Under the pieces are notes generated by a model, which ran no database searches, was not told the origin of the DNA, and was given only the letters and a program-made list of their open reading frames with translations. A stretch of DNA of 38,458 nt, taken from NCBI GenBank assembly GCA_039810425.1, contig JBDHWW010000028.1, positions 1 to 38,458 of the forward strand, written 5' to 3'. Shown here in pieces: positions 19,643 through 29,499 of the stretch. Each line of letters opens with the position of its first letter. The stretch's first letter is position 1. The DNA comes from Pseudobdellovibrionaceae bacterium. Lineage in GTDB: Bacteria > Bdellovibrionota > Bdellovibrionia > Bdellovibrionales > Bdellovibrionaceae. A program made the translations under genes and the position numbers.

Positions 19643-20795
19643 GCCCACTCCTAACAAGGAAGGGCCGAATGCTCGCCGCTCGTTTTCGTTCATCATGGAC
19701 ATCCGCTTCGCCGATGGCCGACGCGATCAACCTCGCTACAAATTTCCTGATGGCGACGACCGACTCAAGGTCATAAATAAAGCCTACAAAATTGCCGACG
19801 ATAAAAACGAAGCCTTCGAGAAATGCCTCAAGCTCGCTTTGGATCTGCAAAAGAAGCTCTACATTGAGCACGGCCTTGAGAAAAAAACAGTCTTCAATCA
19901 AGAAAACTACGGCGTGCTCGACGAGTTTTTCGATTGGAAATATAGCGCGAAGAAAACGAAAGATAAAACCGCCGCGTACAATGATTTTCGCCGCGCAGTT
20001 GATGCTGTCGGTTCAATTCCGCTGCAAACCGCGACGAAGTCAGAAATCCAAAAAGCGATCTCCACCGCCGAAAATAATCAGCAGCGGAGAATTGCGAGCC
20101 GCTTGAATATGATCCTCAAGTATCTAAAGCGGGATATTGTTTTGGATAAGGACAAGAAAAAACGAGTTTCTGTTCGCTACTTGAACGAAAAAGAGTTCGG
20201 CTCGGTGATGAAACTCATCAAGGACGAAAATCTTCGCTTGGTTTTCGAGATGGCGTTTCATTCCGGCTGTCGTATGGGCGAAATTTTCGCCTTAACCGAA
20301 GCGGATTTTCGTGCAGGAGTGCTTACCGTCGATAAACAGATGCTCCGAACCGAAGAAGCTGTTCGTCGCCGAAGACAAGAGTATCAAGCCAAGGGAAAAA
20401 CTTGGACGAATTGGGTTCCAAAACCCAGCGATCTGATTTGCCCGACAAAAAACGAACAAAGCCGACGGGTTGTCGTTTTCGAGGAGTTCGCTTCTGCCTT
20501 TAAAAAATGGTGCGAGGTGGATGCCGAAACAAAATTTAAACTGCGGCATTCGCGGTTAGCCGAGATGTTGAGGACAGTTTGCGAGCAAAAGTTTCCGCAG
20601 GCTCCGCAAAAGCATTGTGTGGCTCACGATCTGCGCCACTCATTCGCCATTCGCTTGCTGCAATTCGTGAATCTTACCTACGTCAGCCTTCAACTTGGAA
20701 ACCGTATCGAGGTTTGCCAAGAGTTCTACACGGGCTATGAGTTGCACGATGAGAACATTACCGTTCTAAAATCGATGATGCGTAAGCAGGCATAA
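19587..20795 (+). CDS. Tyrosine recombinase/integrase
   Basis: HSGCRMGEI (R), TKN (K), HDLRHSFA (HxxR), LGN and C-terminal FY (Tyr nucleophile). Confidence 0.92.
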   Translation: MKREPKVPENAEVFFTLIKPTPNKEGPNARRSFSFIMDIRFADGRRDQPRYKFPDGDDRLKVINKAYKIADDKNEAFEKCLKLALDLQKKLYIEHGLEKKTVFNQENYGVLDEFFDWKYSAKKTKDKTAAYNDFRRAVDAVGSIPLQTATKSEIQKAISTAENNQQRRIASRLNMILKYLKRDIVLDKDKKKRVSVRYLNEKEFGSVMKLIKDENLRLVFEMAFHSGCRMGEIFALTEADFRAGVLTVDKQMLRTEEAVRRRRQEYQAKGKTWTNWVPKPSDLICPTKNEQSRRVVVFEEFASAFKKWCEVDAETKFKLRHSRLAEMLRTVCEQKFPQAPQKHCVAHDLRHSFAIRLLQFVNLTYVSLQLGNRIEVCQEFYTGYELHDENITVLKSMMRKQA

Positions 20796-20797
20796 AT

Positions 20798-20817
20798 CGT
20801 TACGGGCGCCCGTAACG
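20798..20817. repeat. Perfect 20-bp palindrome CGTTACGGGCGCCCGTAACG (copy 1 of an element-wide motif)
   Basis: Core TTACGGGCGCCCGTAA recurs at 31569-31584 (1 mismatch) and 34553-34568. Confidence 0.85.
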
Positions 20818-20880
20818 CGTCGATACTTCTTGAAAAGTCAAGAGTGTTCAGTTATGGTTTTTGAAAGTTATAAATGTTGT

Positions 20881-21238
20881 GCCCTCATGGTGAAATCGGT
20901 AGACACAAAGGACTTCGCAAGTATTTGAAATCATTAGTGATTTTTAAATATAAAAATTGGAGCCTCGCTTGGGAAACCTCACGAGTGGACGCAGGGATAA
21001 CGGTGAACGCTTCACTACTTCGGTAGATGCCAACACCGTGGGAACATCGAAAGAATTTTTTCGATGAGCGCCGTAGAGACTAGATACCTGCGCACCTAAA
21101 ACTCGCAAGAGTCACGGTGAAGATATAGTCCAGACCACAAACGAAACCGATTTATTCGGCGTAGGCGGCGAAAGTCGAAGTGGTAAGAAAATCCTTGCCC
21201 GTAAGGGAGTGCCAGTTCAAGTCTGGCTGGGGGCACCA
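20881..21238 (+). tRNA. Complete element-borne tRNA-Leu(UAA); exons 20881-20915 and 21188-21238
   Basis: Acceptor stem GCCCTCA/TGGGGGC followed by ACCA; anticodon stem AAGGA/TCCTT; spliced loop CTT|AAAA; long variable arm; T-arm GCCAG-TTCAAGT-CTGGC. Confidence 0.93.
20916..21187 (+). ncRNA. Group I self-splicing intron (trnL-UAA/IC3-like, 272 nt, no ORF)
   Basis: Inserted after the wobble U; IGS GAG (20960-20962); P3 CGCAGG/CCTGCG; core GTAGAGACTAGA and AAGATATAGTCC; terminal G. Confidence 0.9.
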
Positions 21239-21262
21239 AACTTTTTTCGGAGGGGATTTGTA

Positions 21263-22576
21263 TTGATAAACCAAAGCTTGCTGATCACTACTTTGGTTGT
21301 TCTATCGAGTCTCTGCTCTGCTGCCACCGCTTCCTCTCAAAAAATTTCGTTTAAAGAAGCAATTCAGATCGCAATTGATAAATCGCCTTCGCTCAGTACC
21401 TCACGAGTGGAGGTCGACCTGCGTGATCTCGAATACTCGAACTCATATTCTACATTCTTGCCGTCGCTGGATTTCAACACAACGCACGGCTTACGCGATA
21501 GTCGCCCGTCGATTTACAGCAATATATACGGCAGCGAACTGAATCTGCAATTGACCGAAAACCTTTACGACAACGGCATCAGCTTTACGAAGTATCAATC
21601 CGCAAAAATTCAGAAAGACATTGCCGATCTTAATTTTCGTAACGAACGAGACAAAATCGTTCTCGACGTCGGTGCCGAGTACATGCGCTACTCGTTGGCT
21701 AAGAGTTTGGCCGAGGTTCAAGAGCAGCAGTTCAATACCATCAACAAACAGTACAAGGCTGTCTCGAACCAATATCAACAAGGCGTAAAAACTCGTCGTG
21801 ATTATTTGCGCTTCAAAACCGAATTGCGGCGCGCCGAAATCGATCTTCAAACTTCGCAGATAACGACCGAAAAATCCCGAGTCGAGTTGATGCGGCTTTT
21901 GGGATTCGAGATGAATAGCCAGACTGAGCCGTTCGACTTCATTCCAATCGAAATCCAGATGGATTCAGTTGCGACTGTTCCTACCGTGGCTCCTGAATTA
22001 TCGCAGCACTTTCAGTATCGTATCGCAGACCTTCAGAAAAAGGTTTATGAGAACGACGTTTATATCGTTAAGCGTTCTTACTGGCCCGAATTATTTCTGA
22101 CTGCCGGAGCCACCTACCACACTGGCGACTATTTAGCGGACAACATTGGGCTCACGCAAAATGAGACCACGAGTTGGAATGCGTTATTGACCTTAAAGTT
22201 CAATCTTTGGGACTGGGGAATCCGCAGAAGAAATATCTCAATTGCCGAAGTTCGCAAGACCCAGGCTGAAAACACAATAGCCGCAGGCCTAAATACATTT
22301 TCTTCCGACAATAGAAAACTCATGCTCGACCTTCAGCAAAGCTCCAAAAACTTTTCGCTGGCGCGTGAGCTACTCGATTTAGAAACCACAACCTATAATT
22401 CTTTAGACTCCGAATACCGTAATGGTCGCGTTTCGTATTTGGATATTATCGTCGCGCTCCGTGATCTATTGAGCGCGAAAGTTCAGATGTACACGTCCTA
22501 CTATGATCTGAGAGGGCAGCTATTGAAGTATCGCTATCATGAAGGGAAGCTCTATGAATCTATCAACGAAAAATAA
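21263..22576 (+). CDS. TolC-family outer membrane protein
   Basis: TTG start after GGAGGGG; signal peptide; FLPSLD and YWPELFL repeats (ORF-track start at 21209 lies inside the tRNA). Confidence 0.88.
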   Translation: MINQSLLITTLVVLSSLCSAATASSQKISFKEAIQIAIDKSPSLSTSRVEVDLRDLEYSNSYSTFLPSLDFNTTHGLRDSRPSIYSNIYGSELNLQLTENLYDNGISFTKYQSAKIQKDIADLNFRNERDKIVLDVGAEYMRYSLAKSLAEVQEQQFNTINKQYKAVSNQYQQGVKTRRDYLRFKTELRRAEIDLQTSQITTEKSRVELMRLLGFEMNSQTEPFDFIPIEIQMDSVATVPTVAPELSQHFQYRIADLQKKVYENDVYIVKRSYWPELFLTAGATYHTGDYLADNIGLTQNETTSWNALLTLKFNLWDWGIRRRNISIAEVRKTQAENTIAAGLNTFSSDNRKLMLDLQQSSKNFSLARELLDLETTTYNSLDSEYRNGRVSYLDIIVALRDLLSAKVQMYTSYYDLRGQLLKYRYHEGKLYESINEK

Positions 22577-23435
22577 GCGGAACTTCTTGATCGCTTTTGC
22601 AGTGGTTTTGGTCCTCGCAATTGGTTTGTACCTGAAGTTAAAAGACTCCAACTCAAGCTCTGCCGAAAGAATCGGAAAAGTAGTACGCGAGGATTTGGTT
22701 CAGCGCGTGACAATTGCAGGAACGGTGGAGCCTGTTCGCACGACTATTGTCGCTGCCCCTTACGATGGTTATGTAAAAAAACTTTTCGTTAAGCAGGGAC
22801 AAAAGGTACAGGCTGGAGATCCCATCCTAAGCATCGCTCAATCGCTCCAAGCAGCGGAGAATGTTTTCCCAATTCGTGCTCCATTTACCGGAACAGTCAC
22901 GCAACTGATAAAAAATGAGGGGCAATTCGCAAAACAGAATGACCCCAAAGAATACATTATGCGCATCGATGATCTTACGAAAATGTATGTTAATGCGAAT
23001 GCGCCTGAAATTGACGTCGTGAAGATCAAACCGGAGTTTGAAGCGGTGATCAAAGTTTCCGCGATTCTTTCTCGAAACTACAAGGGAATCGTCAGGGATA
23101 TTTCTCAGGCGGCTACGCAAAAGGAGCAATGGGGTGGCCGCTCGCAGGTCGAGTATGTCGTGAAAATTGAAGTCACCGATGCGGATACCCAGCTCAAGCC
23201 TGGAATGAGTGCGGTCGTCGATATTATCACCAACAAAAAGGATGCCGTCCTCACCCTTGGTCATGAGTTCATTCAAAAGGAAAACGACAACTACTTTGTT
23301 ATTTTAAAAGACGGCTCCAAAAAGAATATCAAGGTCGGTCTGCAAAATGAGACCGCGTTTGAAATCACCGAAGGTCTGTCCGAAGGACAGGAAATCCAAC
23401 AGGTGGATTTCCTGAAGCTGATCGAGAAGCAATAA
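22554..23435 (+). CDS. MacA-like periplasmic adaptor (MFP)
   Basis: N-terminal TM; GYVKKLFVKQGQKVQAGD; IRAPFTGTV; LKPGMSA; short hairpin region. Confidence 0.88.
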   Translation: MNLSTKNKRNFLIAFAVVLVLAIGLYLKLKDSNSSSAERIGKVVREDLVQRVTIAGTVEPVRTTIVAAPYDGYVKKLFVKQGQKVQAGDPILSIAQSLQAAENVFPIRAPFTGTVTQLIKNEGQFAKQNDPKEYIMRIDDLTKMYVNANAPEIDVVKIKPEFEAVIKVSAILSRNYKGIVRDISQAATQKEQWGGRSQVEYVVKIEVTDADTQLKPGMSAVVDIITNKKDAVLTLGHEFIQKENDNYFVILKDGSKKNIKVGLQNETAFEITEGLSEGQEIQQVDFLKLIEKQ

Positions 23436-25487
23436 ATGAGTCTGATCAGTCTTAAGAACCTTAATTTTTCTTATAAGACGGCATCGGGCGAGATGGTGCC
23501 AGTCTTGAGAAACTTGAACCTCGATATCGAGGCTGGCGAACTTATCGCCATTCAAGGACCATCTGGATCAGGGAAATCGACTCTCCTCTACATTATCGGA
23601 TGCCTTCTTAGCTCGTATTCGGGACAAGTTAAAATTTCTGGTCAAGACGTTTCAAAGTTGAATGACGAACAGTTGGCAATTCTCCGCAATCGGCATATCG
23701 GATTTGTTTTCCAGCAATTCCATCTGCTTTCAAAAGCCACGGTGATTGAAAATATTCTTTTGCCAAGCAAGTACCCCTCGGAAATCCCAACTCACAAAGA
23801 TGCTAATCACCGTGCGGCGAAATTGGTCGAGGATTTAGGCTTACACGGCAGGACTCATCACTATCCCAATCAACTTTCTGGTGGCCAGCAACAACGGGTT
23901 TCAATAGCTCGTGCTCTACTAAACGATACACAGATAATTTTAGCTGACGAGCCGACCGGCAGTTTAGATACAAACAATTCAAAGCAGATCATGGAGCTTT
24001 TAAAAGCCGCGAATCGATCTGGCCGAACGGTCATCATCATTACTCACGATCCAGAAATCGCCCAGCAATGCAACAAGGTCGTTCACTTCCGCGACGGCGA
24101 AATCAAGGAAGTCGTCGAAAATAAAAAGCCGCAACAGCACATCGACTCCGAAGACGCTGCCGTAGAGATTTCTTCTTACAAAAAAATAGAGCCACCGAAA
24201 GGTCGTATCGCTATCTTAAATCGATATTTCCATGTTGGCAGAACGCTTTTCCCGCTCGCTTTTCAAAGTTTACGTCAGAACCGAACCCGTTCGATGCTGA
24301 CGATGCTTGGAATAGTGATTGGTGTGGCTGCGGTTTTATCGATGATTACTATCGGATCGTTTACCAAAAGAAAAATTTTGGACTCTTACGCCGAAATGGG
24401 CGTAAACACCGTCGTTTTTTACGGCTATCCGAATTGGGAATTGAAAGCCACCGATCAAGTATCCGCAGTATTTCAGAGCTTTGATTGGGATCGAGATTTA
24501 ATGCCGATTAAGAAAGTTTTCCCGGAAGTGATTCGCATCTCTCCGAGTCTTTATTCGTGGGATAACAAAGTCAGCTACGGCGGTAAAATTGTCGACAATG
24601 ATGTTAGAGCCTTCGGCGTTTCTTCAGATGGTCTTAGCATGGCAAATAGAGAGGTCATCTTAGGCAATAACTTTAGTCCGTTCCATGTCGAGTATCGCAG
24701 CGCGGTTTGCGTGATTGGCTACGATATTTATCAACGACTATTTACGAATATGTCGCCTCTCGGGCAGATCATTTCTGTTAGTCAGCGAGAATCATCATTC
24801 GGCTGTCGCGTGATCGGCGTACTGGCCTCGCAGACGAGCAACAAAGAATGGAACAAGCCGAACCTGCAGGTTTATTTACCTTACACGTTCTTCCAAGGCA
24901 CAAGCGATCCGTGGAACTCCAGAATCCGCGAAGTTTTACTTCAAGTTCAACAAGGAGCTGACGTTGAACAGGTCGGCAAAAAGGTAAAAGCTTTTTTCGA
25001 TATGAAGTATGGCAAGTCGGCCAGGTTCGTAGTTGGTTCCGACAGTGTGCTGATCGCGCAAATGAATAAGTTTTTGAGCTTGTTCACTATACTACTCGCC
25101 GCGATTGCTTTGGTTTCGCTTGGCGTAGGTGGGATCGGGATTACGAATATGATGCTGGTTTCAGTATCCGAAAGATTTAAGGAGATCGGTATTCGTAAAG
25201 CTTTCGGCGCGACCAATTTTAGCATCCGAGTTCAGTATTTAGTCGAATCGATTTTAATCTGTAGCATCGCGGGGGCAATCGGCCTGGTGCTCGGATTTAT
25301 TTTATATCAAGGCGCGATCTATGGTGCCACTAAGCTGGTTACTAAGCTCGCCTTTGAATGGACCGTCGATTTTTCAGCCCTTCTCTTGTCGGTCGTTTCT
25401 ATTTTTGTCGTCGGAGTTTTGAGCGGCCTCACCCCAGCGTTAAAGGCCGAAAAACTCCAGGTGATCGAGGCGCTCAGGAGCGAATAG
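23436..25487 (+). CDS. macB: MacB-family fused ABC ATPase/permease
   Basis: Walker [57 protein letters not shown]. Confidence 0.92.
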   Translation: MSLISLKNLNFSYKTASGEMVPVLRNLNLDIEAGELIAIQGPSGSGKSTLLYIIGCLLSSYSGQVKISGQDVSKLNDEQLAILRNRHIGFVFQQFHLLSKATVIENILLPSKYPSEIPTHKDANHRAAKLVEDLGLHGRTHHYPNQLSGGQQQRVSIARALLNDTQIILADEPTGSLDTNNSKQIMELLKAANRSGRTVIIITHDPEIAQQCNKVVHFRDGEIKEVVENKKPQQHIDSEDAAVEISSYKKIEPPKGRIAILNRYFHVGRTLFPLAFQSLRQNRTRSMLTMLGIVIGVAAVLSMITIGSFTKRKILDSYAEMGVNTVVFYGYPNWELKATDQVSAVFQSFDWDRDLMPIKKVFPEVIRISPSLYSWDNKVSYGGKIVDNDVRAFGVSSDGLSMANREVILGNNFSPFHVEYRSAVCVIGYDIYQRLFTNMSPLGQIISVSQRESSFGCRVIGVLASQTSNKEWNKPNLQVYLPYTFFQGTSDPWNSRIREVLLQVQQGADVEQVGKKVKAFFDMKYGKSARFVVGSDSVLIAQMNKFLSLFTILLAAIALVSLGVGGIGITNMMLVSVSERFKEIGIRKAFGATNFSIRVQYLVESILICSIAGAIGLVLGFILYQGAIYGATKLVTKLAFEWTVDFSALLLSVVSIFVVGVLSGLTPALKAEKLQVIEALRSE

Positions 25488-25513
25488 CTGAACTTCATCC
25501 AATTGAAGATTTA

Positions 25514-25924
25514 TTAACGCTTCCGACGCTTTCTAGTCGTTCGCTTGCTCTTTGATTTTTTCCGACGCTGTGGATTTTTAGATAGCTCTTTTTGAGAAGA
25601 ATCAGGAACAGCCCGGCCACCCATCGGAACGGTCGAGAGAACATTTGCCAGCGCGCCACTAAGATTCGGTGCAATCATTTGTGCTGCGTGTATCTTCATC
25701 GATTCGCCGACGAAATGGCCCACCTGAAACTCGATATCCAAAAGTTCCTGGATCAGTTGCGAAGTAGGCTTGCGGATATTTTTTAATACTTTCAAGGCGA
25801 GGCCACTCGCCAGCATCGTGTTGGTCAGGCGCTCTTGGATCTGCTCAAGCGTAAGAGAATCCGACCGGACTATTTCTTTGGATTTTTTTGTCGCCTTCGC
25901 TTTCTTTCGTTTAATCGTCGCCAT
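25514..25924 (-). CDS. Hypothetical protein with basic termini
   Basis: 136-aa ORF with RBS (GGAG), abutting the upstream ORF. Confidence 0.6.
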   Translation of the reverse strand: MATIKRKKAKATKKSKEIVRSDSLTLEQIQERLTNTMLASGLALKVLKNIRKPTSQLIQELLDIEFQVGHFVGESMKIHAAQMIAPNLSGALANVLSTVPMGGRAVPDSSQKELSKNPQRRKKSKSKRTTRKRRKR

Positions 25925-26155
25925 CTAAGCTCCCTTTTTTGCGGCTTGAATTTCTTGAGCCTCAATATCGCGGGCCACTTGCATAACGTCGTGGCGAATG
26001 CCCTTGAGAATGAGGCCCAAGCCGTACCAGAGATCAAGTTCGTCCAGCTCCATCAGTTGATCGTCTTGCTGGTTTTCGAGAAGGTGCTCCAATGATTTTA
26101 ATTTGAAGCAACACTCTCGGAGTTTCACATAATCGAGTTCTTTTCGTTTTCGCAT
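25925..26155 (-). CDS. Small hypothetical protein
   Basis: 76-aa ORF in a tightly packed minus-strand operon. Confidence 0.6.
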   Translation of the reverse strand: MRKRKELDYVKLRECCFKLKSLEHLLENQQDDQLMELDELDLWYGLGLILKGIRHDVMQVARDIEAQEIQAAKKGA

Positions 26156-26168
26156 ATCGTGACCAACC

Positions 26169-26969
26169 TTAGTGGTAGTACACGATGGCCGAATTAGCTT
26201 TGATCGTGATGAATCCGTTTGTTGTGCCGATTGGAGAGCTTGCTGAAAACTCGACCGCGTCCGACCGGAAATTATAAATACTTAAGCTGTTCATATAAAA
26301 TGGGTACTCCCAATAGCTACCGATGGCGGCGGTCGCGGCCATCGAAACCAGCGATAAATTGGTGTTGTCTAAGTTGCTGACGTTGAATAGTCCCAACGTC
26401 GTGGCAACTTCGGCTGGATCGGCGCTGATGATATTGTTTCCCGCAGAGAGATCCGCGCTCGGCATTGATCCCGAAAGTCGTTGCAGGGTTGAATAAAACA
26501 CTCCGCCCGCATTTGCGCAGTTTGTGGACGTCGACACATCCGGATTATTCGCCGGGGTCCATACTCCGCTCGCGCTCGTGCAGGCGCCATTCGTCGTGAT
26601 TTTGCAGGTCACCTGAACCGATCCCCCTGCCGCTACGCATGCCGCATCTGCCGACGAGCTACCGCTTGTCGCAAGAGCAAAGCTTTTGCCTCCGACGTTA
26701 CACACCACCGAGGCAGTGCCCGCACTACAAGTCGCCGAGCTGGTTTGGTTGCTCGGAGTTCCGTCGACGCTGCAACTCGCAGCTGTCCCGATGGTTGAGG
26801 TGCTAAAGCAGACGTTATTTGTCGATCCGTATGTAAGGCTACTAAACGTAGCACTTCCAGCAGGGCCGGTGCTTCCGCCGCCATTACCATTTCCGCCACC
26901 ACCGCTACCGCAAGCGGTGAGTATCGTCAGCATTCCGATTACCATCATTGTTTTGTTTGTCGTTTTCAT
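26169..26969 (-). CDS. Cys/Gly/Ser-rich lipoprotein
   Basis: ATG at 26969 after GGAGG; lipobox LTAC; Gly linker; multiple Cys. Confidence 0.75.
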   Translation of the reverse strand: MKTTNKTMMVIGMLTILTACGSGGGGNGNGGGSTGPAGSATFSSLTYGSTNNVCFSTSTIGTAASCSVDGTPSNQTSSATCSAGTASVVCNVGGKSFALATSGSSSADAACVAAGGSVQVTCKITTNGACTSASGVWTPANNPDVSTSTNCANAGGVFYSTLQRLSGSMPSADLSAGNNIISADPAEVATTLGLFNVSNLDNTNLSLVSMAATAAIGSYWEYPFYMNSLSIYNFRSDAVEFSASSPIGTTNGFITIKANSAIVYYH

Positions 26970-26973
26970 TTTC

Positions 26974-27306
26974 TTATCCTCCACTTTTGTTTCCGCCGTT
27001 GTTTTTTGGGGACACTCGGCGGATTGATATTTCATAAAGGCCGGTATGGATCTCGGTCTTGGAAATGAGGCTCTCCAAGTTGATGTGACTTTCCTCGCCG
27101 AACAGCAGGAAATTCACAGTCACGCCGAAAAACTGAGCCAACGCTTTAATGTGTTCGGGATTTCTTGGAAGTCGGCCAGAAAGTCCAACCCACTCGTGAA
27201 CGGTTTTGGAGGAAATAGAAATACGGCGTGCCAGTTCGTTGACCGCGATGCCGCGCTCTTTGCAGAGCTTTTCTAATCTTTGTCCAAACTCGTTCTTTTT
27301 TCCCAT
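26974..27306 (-). CDS. XRE/Cro-C1 family HTH regulator
   Basis: FGQRLEKLCKERGIAVNELARRISISSKTVHEW...LAQFFGVTVNFLLFG. Confidence 0.85.
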   Translation of the reverse strand: MGKKNEFGQRLEKLCKERGIAVNELARRISISSKTVHEWVGLSGRLPRNPEHIKALAQFFGVTVNFLLFGEESHINLESLISKTEIHTGLYEISIRRVSPKNNGGNKSGG

Positions 27307-27361
27307 CGTCCCTTATTCCACATTTATTTTATCGGTATTGTTTGGGCTTACTTAGTCCAAA

Positions 27362-27418
27362 CCCGATAACTCAGTCGTCCATTCCCAAGTATTCGGGCAA
27401 AGCGCCTGATTACTCAGG
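27362..27418. promoter_or_regulatory. Three phased imperfect 14-bp palindromic operator-like sites
   Basis: CCCGA-TAAC-TCAGT (27362), CCCAA-GTAT-TCGGG (27384) and CCTGA-TTAC-TCAGG (27405), between divergent HTH genes. Confidence 0.55.
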
Positions 27419-27498
27419 TAGTCCCTTTTAAAGTCCCGCCTTATTGAGGTGGGTTTTATGGGGAACTGATTCAATTTTCGCTCGACTCGGCGTGTTGA

Positions 27499-27561
27499 TC
27501 CACTAAAAAGTAGTGCTTTATAAAGCATCGACCTAAAATGATATGGATTATAAAGGCTTGT
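27499..27561 (+). repeat. 63-bp direct repeat, copy A
   Basis: 55/63 identical (ungapped, by eye) to 31380-31442; contains the palindrome TGCTTTATAAAGCA. Confidence 0.85.
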
Positions 27562-27590
27562 GGCGTTATTATTGAGATAAAGGGGTTGTT

Positions 27591-27881
27591 ATGGCTAAAA
27601 AAGCGACTGCGAAATATAAGAGCTTTAAGGAAAAAGAATTAGAGCGACAAAAACAACTTAAAGAGTTTTGTAAGCGGCACAAAAGAGAAGTTCCTCGCTT
27701 GATCATTCAGGAGGTCATGGAGAAAAAGAATTTTTCCCACAGTGATTTATCAATCGCATTGGGCATTAAGAATCCAAGCAACATTCAACGGATCAAGACC
27801 AGCCAAGGCTTGTCGTTTGAAACTATCGTAAAAATTGCGGTCGCTATGGGCGTAAAGGTTAAAGACCTGATCGAAGAATAA
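27591..27881 (+). CDS. Cro/C1-type HTH protein
   Basis: IQEVMEKKNFSHSDLSIALG...LSFETIVKIAVAMGVKVKDLIEE. Confidence 0.8.
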   Translation: MAKKATAKYKSFKEKELERQKQLKEFCKRHKREVPRLIIQEVMEKKNFSHSDLSIALGIKNPSNIQRIKTSQGLSFETIVKIAVAMGVKVKDLIEE

Positions 27882-28197
27882 CACCGCAACCAATTGTCTA
27901 ACCTCTGACCGATTCAACTTTTGACCTCGGCTCGTTCCGGTCGGCTCCCCCAAGGAGCCAAAAACGGAACGGTGACGAGTTTTCTATTTTATTTCTTTTG
28001 TCCCGACCTATGGTCGGACAACTCTTTATTTTCTGATCTAAATCTATTTGGATAGATTTATCCTCCTACCCCGGGGACCGTCGCCCCTGGGTTTACTACT
28101 TCAGCGGTAAAAGCCGTGTACGGCCTTTTTAGGGCCACCCCGGGGTCGACGGCATACGCGTTCGCAAAATCCATTTAAACAAGCAGGAAGGGATTTT

Positions 28198-29076
28198 ATG
28201 AACGAAATAGACGCCACCAAAACGGCACGCGACCTAATTATTTTCTATACGCCAATCTACAAAATACCCCTACGGACGAAGGTCTTAGGCGCGGTTGAAC
28301 GCGGACTAGTCGCCTTGTTTGCGACCTACGACGACCATGGGTGTTTTTGGACGCAAAGCGAGCTTGCGAAACAATTTGAATGTGGGCCTCGTCAACTACG
28401 GCGCGCACTACTGCGGCTTCAATTTGTGAAAATGATCGCGGTTAAACAAGGCGCACGCAAACCAAACTCTCCGCGCCGCGAACCGAATAAATACACATTT
28501 ATAACCGATCCGTATCGATGGCGGCTGACCAAAGACATACAAACAAAAATCATCGGCGAAACAATAAAAATGGGAAAAGAGCCGAAGGCATTTGTGCACG
28601 AGCCTTTTAATGATGCCCTCGATCTTGAGATCAATTTTCTAAAAGAATATCCGCGCGCCGCAAACAAGAAAAAAGGCCGAAAGAAAAAGTCGACCGAAAA
28701 AATTAACAAACCCGTCGTCGTCACTCCGGTGCCGCCGCCAAAAATCAAAAACTTGTGGCGCCAAAAAATTGCGGAGATTTTTTCGGATGAGATGAGTTTT
28801 GCGCGCCTTGCTCGGATCTACCGACAAAACTATGAAGCGGTCGAGCTTGCACGAAACGCAATCGACCACGGCTTTTCGGATGATGAAAAAGAATACTACG
28901 AAAAGCTCCACCATATTTTTATGGAGCGAAATAGAACGGCGACCGCCGACGAAATGAAAAGCGCCAACGCTGTTAAAAATTGGGACTCGCTCGGGCTGTC
29001 GGAGGAGACTGTTTTAGAAATGCTCGAAAAATTGGAACAACAAAACAAAGGGGGAAATAATGAAACTGGCATATAA
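28198..29076 (+). CDS. HTH-containing putative replication initiator-like protein
   Basis: N-terminal GCFWTQSELAKQFECGPRQLRRALLRL...NKYTF resembles the winged HTH of phage/plasmid Rep proteins. Confidence 0.6.
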   Translation: MNEIDATKTARDLIIFYTPIYKIPLRTKVLGAVERGLVALFATYDDHGCFWTQSELAKQFECGPRQLRRALLRLQFVKMIAVKQGARKPNSPRREPNKYTFITDPYRWRLTKDIQTKIIGETIKMGKEPKAFVHEPFNDALDLEINFLKEYPRAANKKKGRKKKSTEKINKPVVVTPVPPPKIKNLWRQKIAEIFSDEMSFARLARIYRQNYEAVELARNAIDHGFSDDEKEYYEKLHHIFMERNRTATADEMKSANAVKNWDSLGLSEETVLEMLEKLEQQNKGGNNETGI

Positions 29077-29440
29077 AGACTCGGACCTGTATCAGACAAA
29101 CGAAAAAACATGGGGCCAGCTCCAACGGTCGCGGAAAAAATATGTCGCAACTTTTTCTGACCTAACTTTTTTAGAGGTTAATCGCCGCCGCGCAGACGGT
29201 CTTTTAAAAAAATACGTTTGGGTATTCTACAACGGGAAAAACATCACGCCACTCGTCGGTCTATTTTTAAAATCAAGAACCAGTCGGTCACAAAAATTTT
29301 GCGGCGCCCTTACCGGCGGCGGTTACGGTTTGCGGCACGCCGATATATTGATCGATGCTTTGGAGCGCAATGGCTACGTCTACTTTGAAAGTATGCTGTT
29401 GAGTTTGGTCACGAACGGAATTGTTCGGATAGAAAAATAA
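29060..29440 (+). CDS. Hypothetical protein
   Basis: 126-aa ORF with RBS GGGGG, overlapping the upstream stop. Confidence 0.6.
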   Translation: MKLAYKDSDLYQTNEKTWGQLQRSRKKYVATFSDLTFLEVNRRRADGLLKKYVWVFYNGKNITPLVGLFLKSRTSRSQKFCGALTGGGYGLRHADILIDALERNGYVYFESMLLSLVTNGIVRIEK

Positions 29441-29499
29441 AAAACATGGAGGGGTTCGATCCCGATCCGCTAAAGAAAGGGAAACGGACGGAGACCTAA

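Noticed and set aside
20916..21187. Homing endonuclease in either intron
   Set aside because: The introns are only 272 and 237 nt long with no suitable ORF
21209..21262. ORF-track N-terminus of TolC
   Set aside because: Overlaps the tRNA 3' exon; TTG at 21263 has an RBS and gives a proper signal peptide
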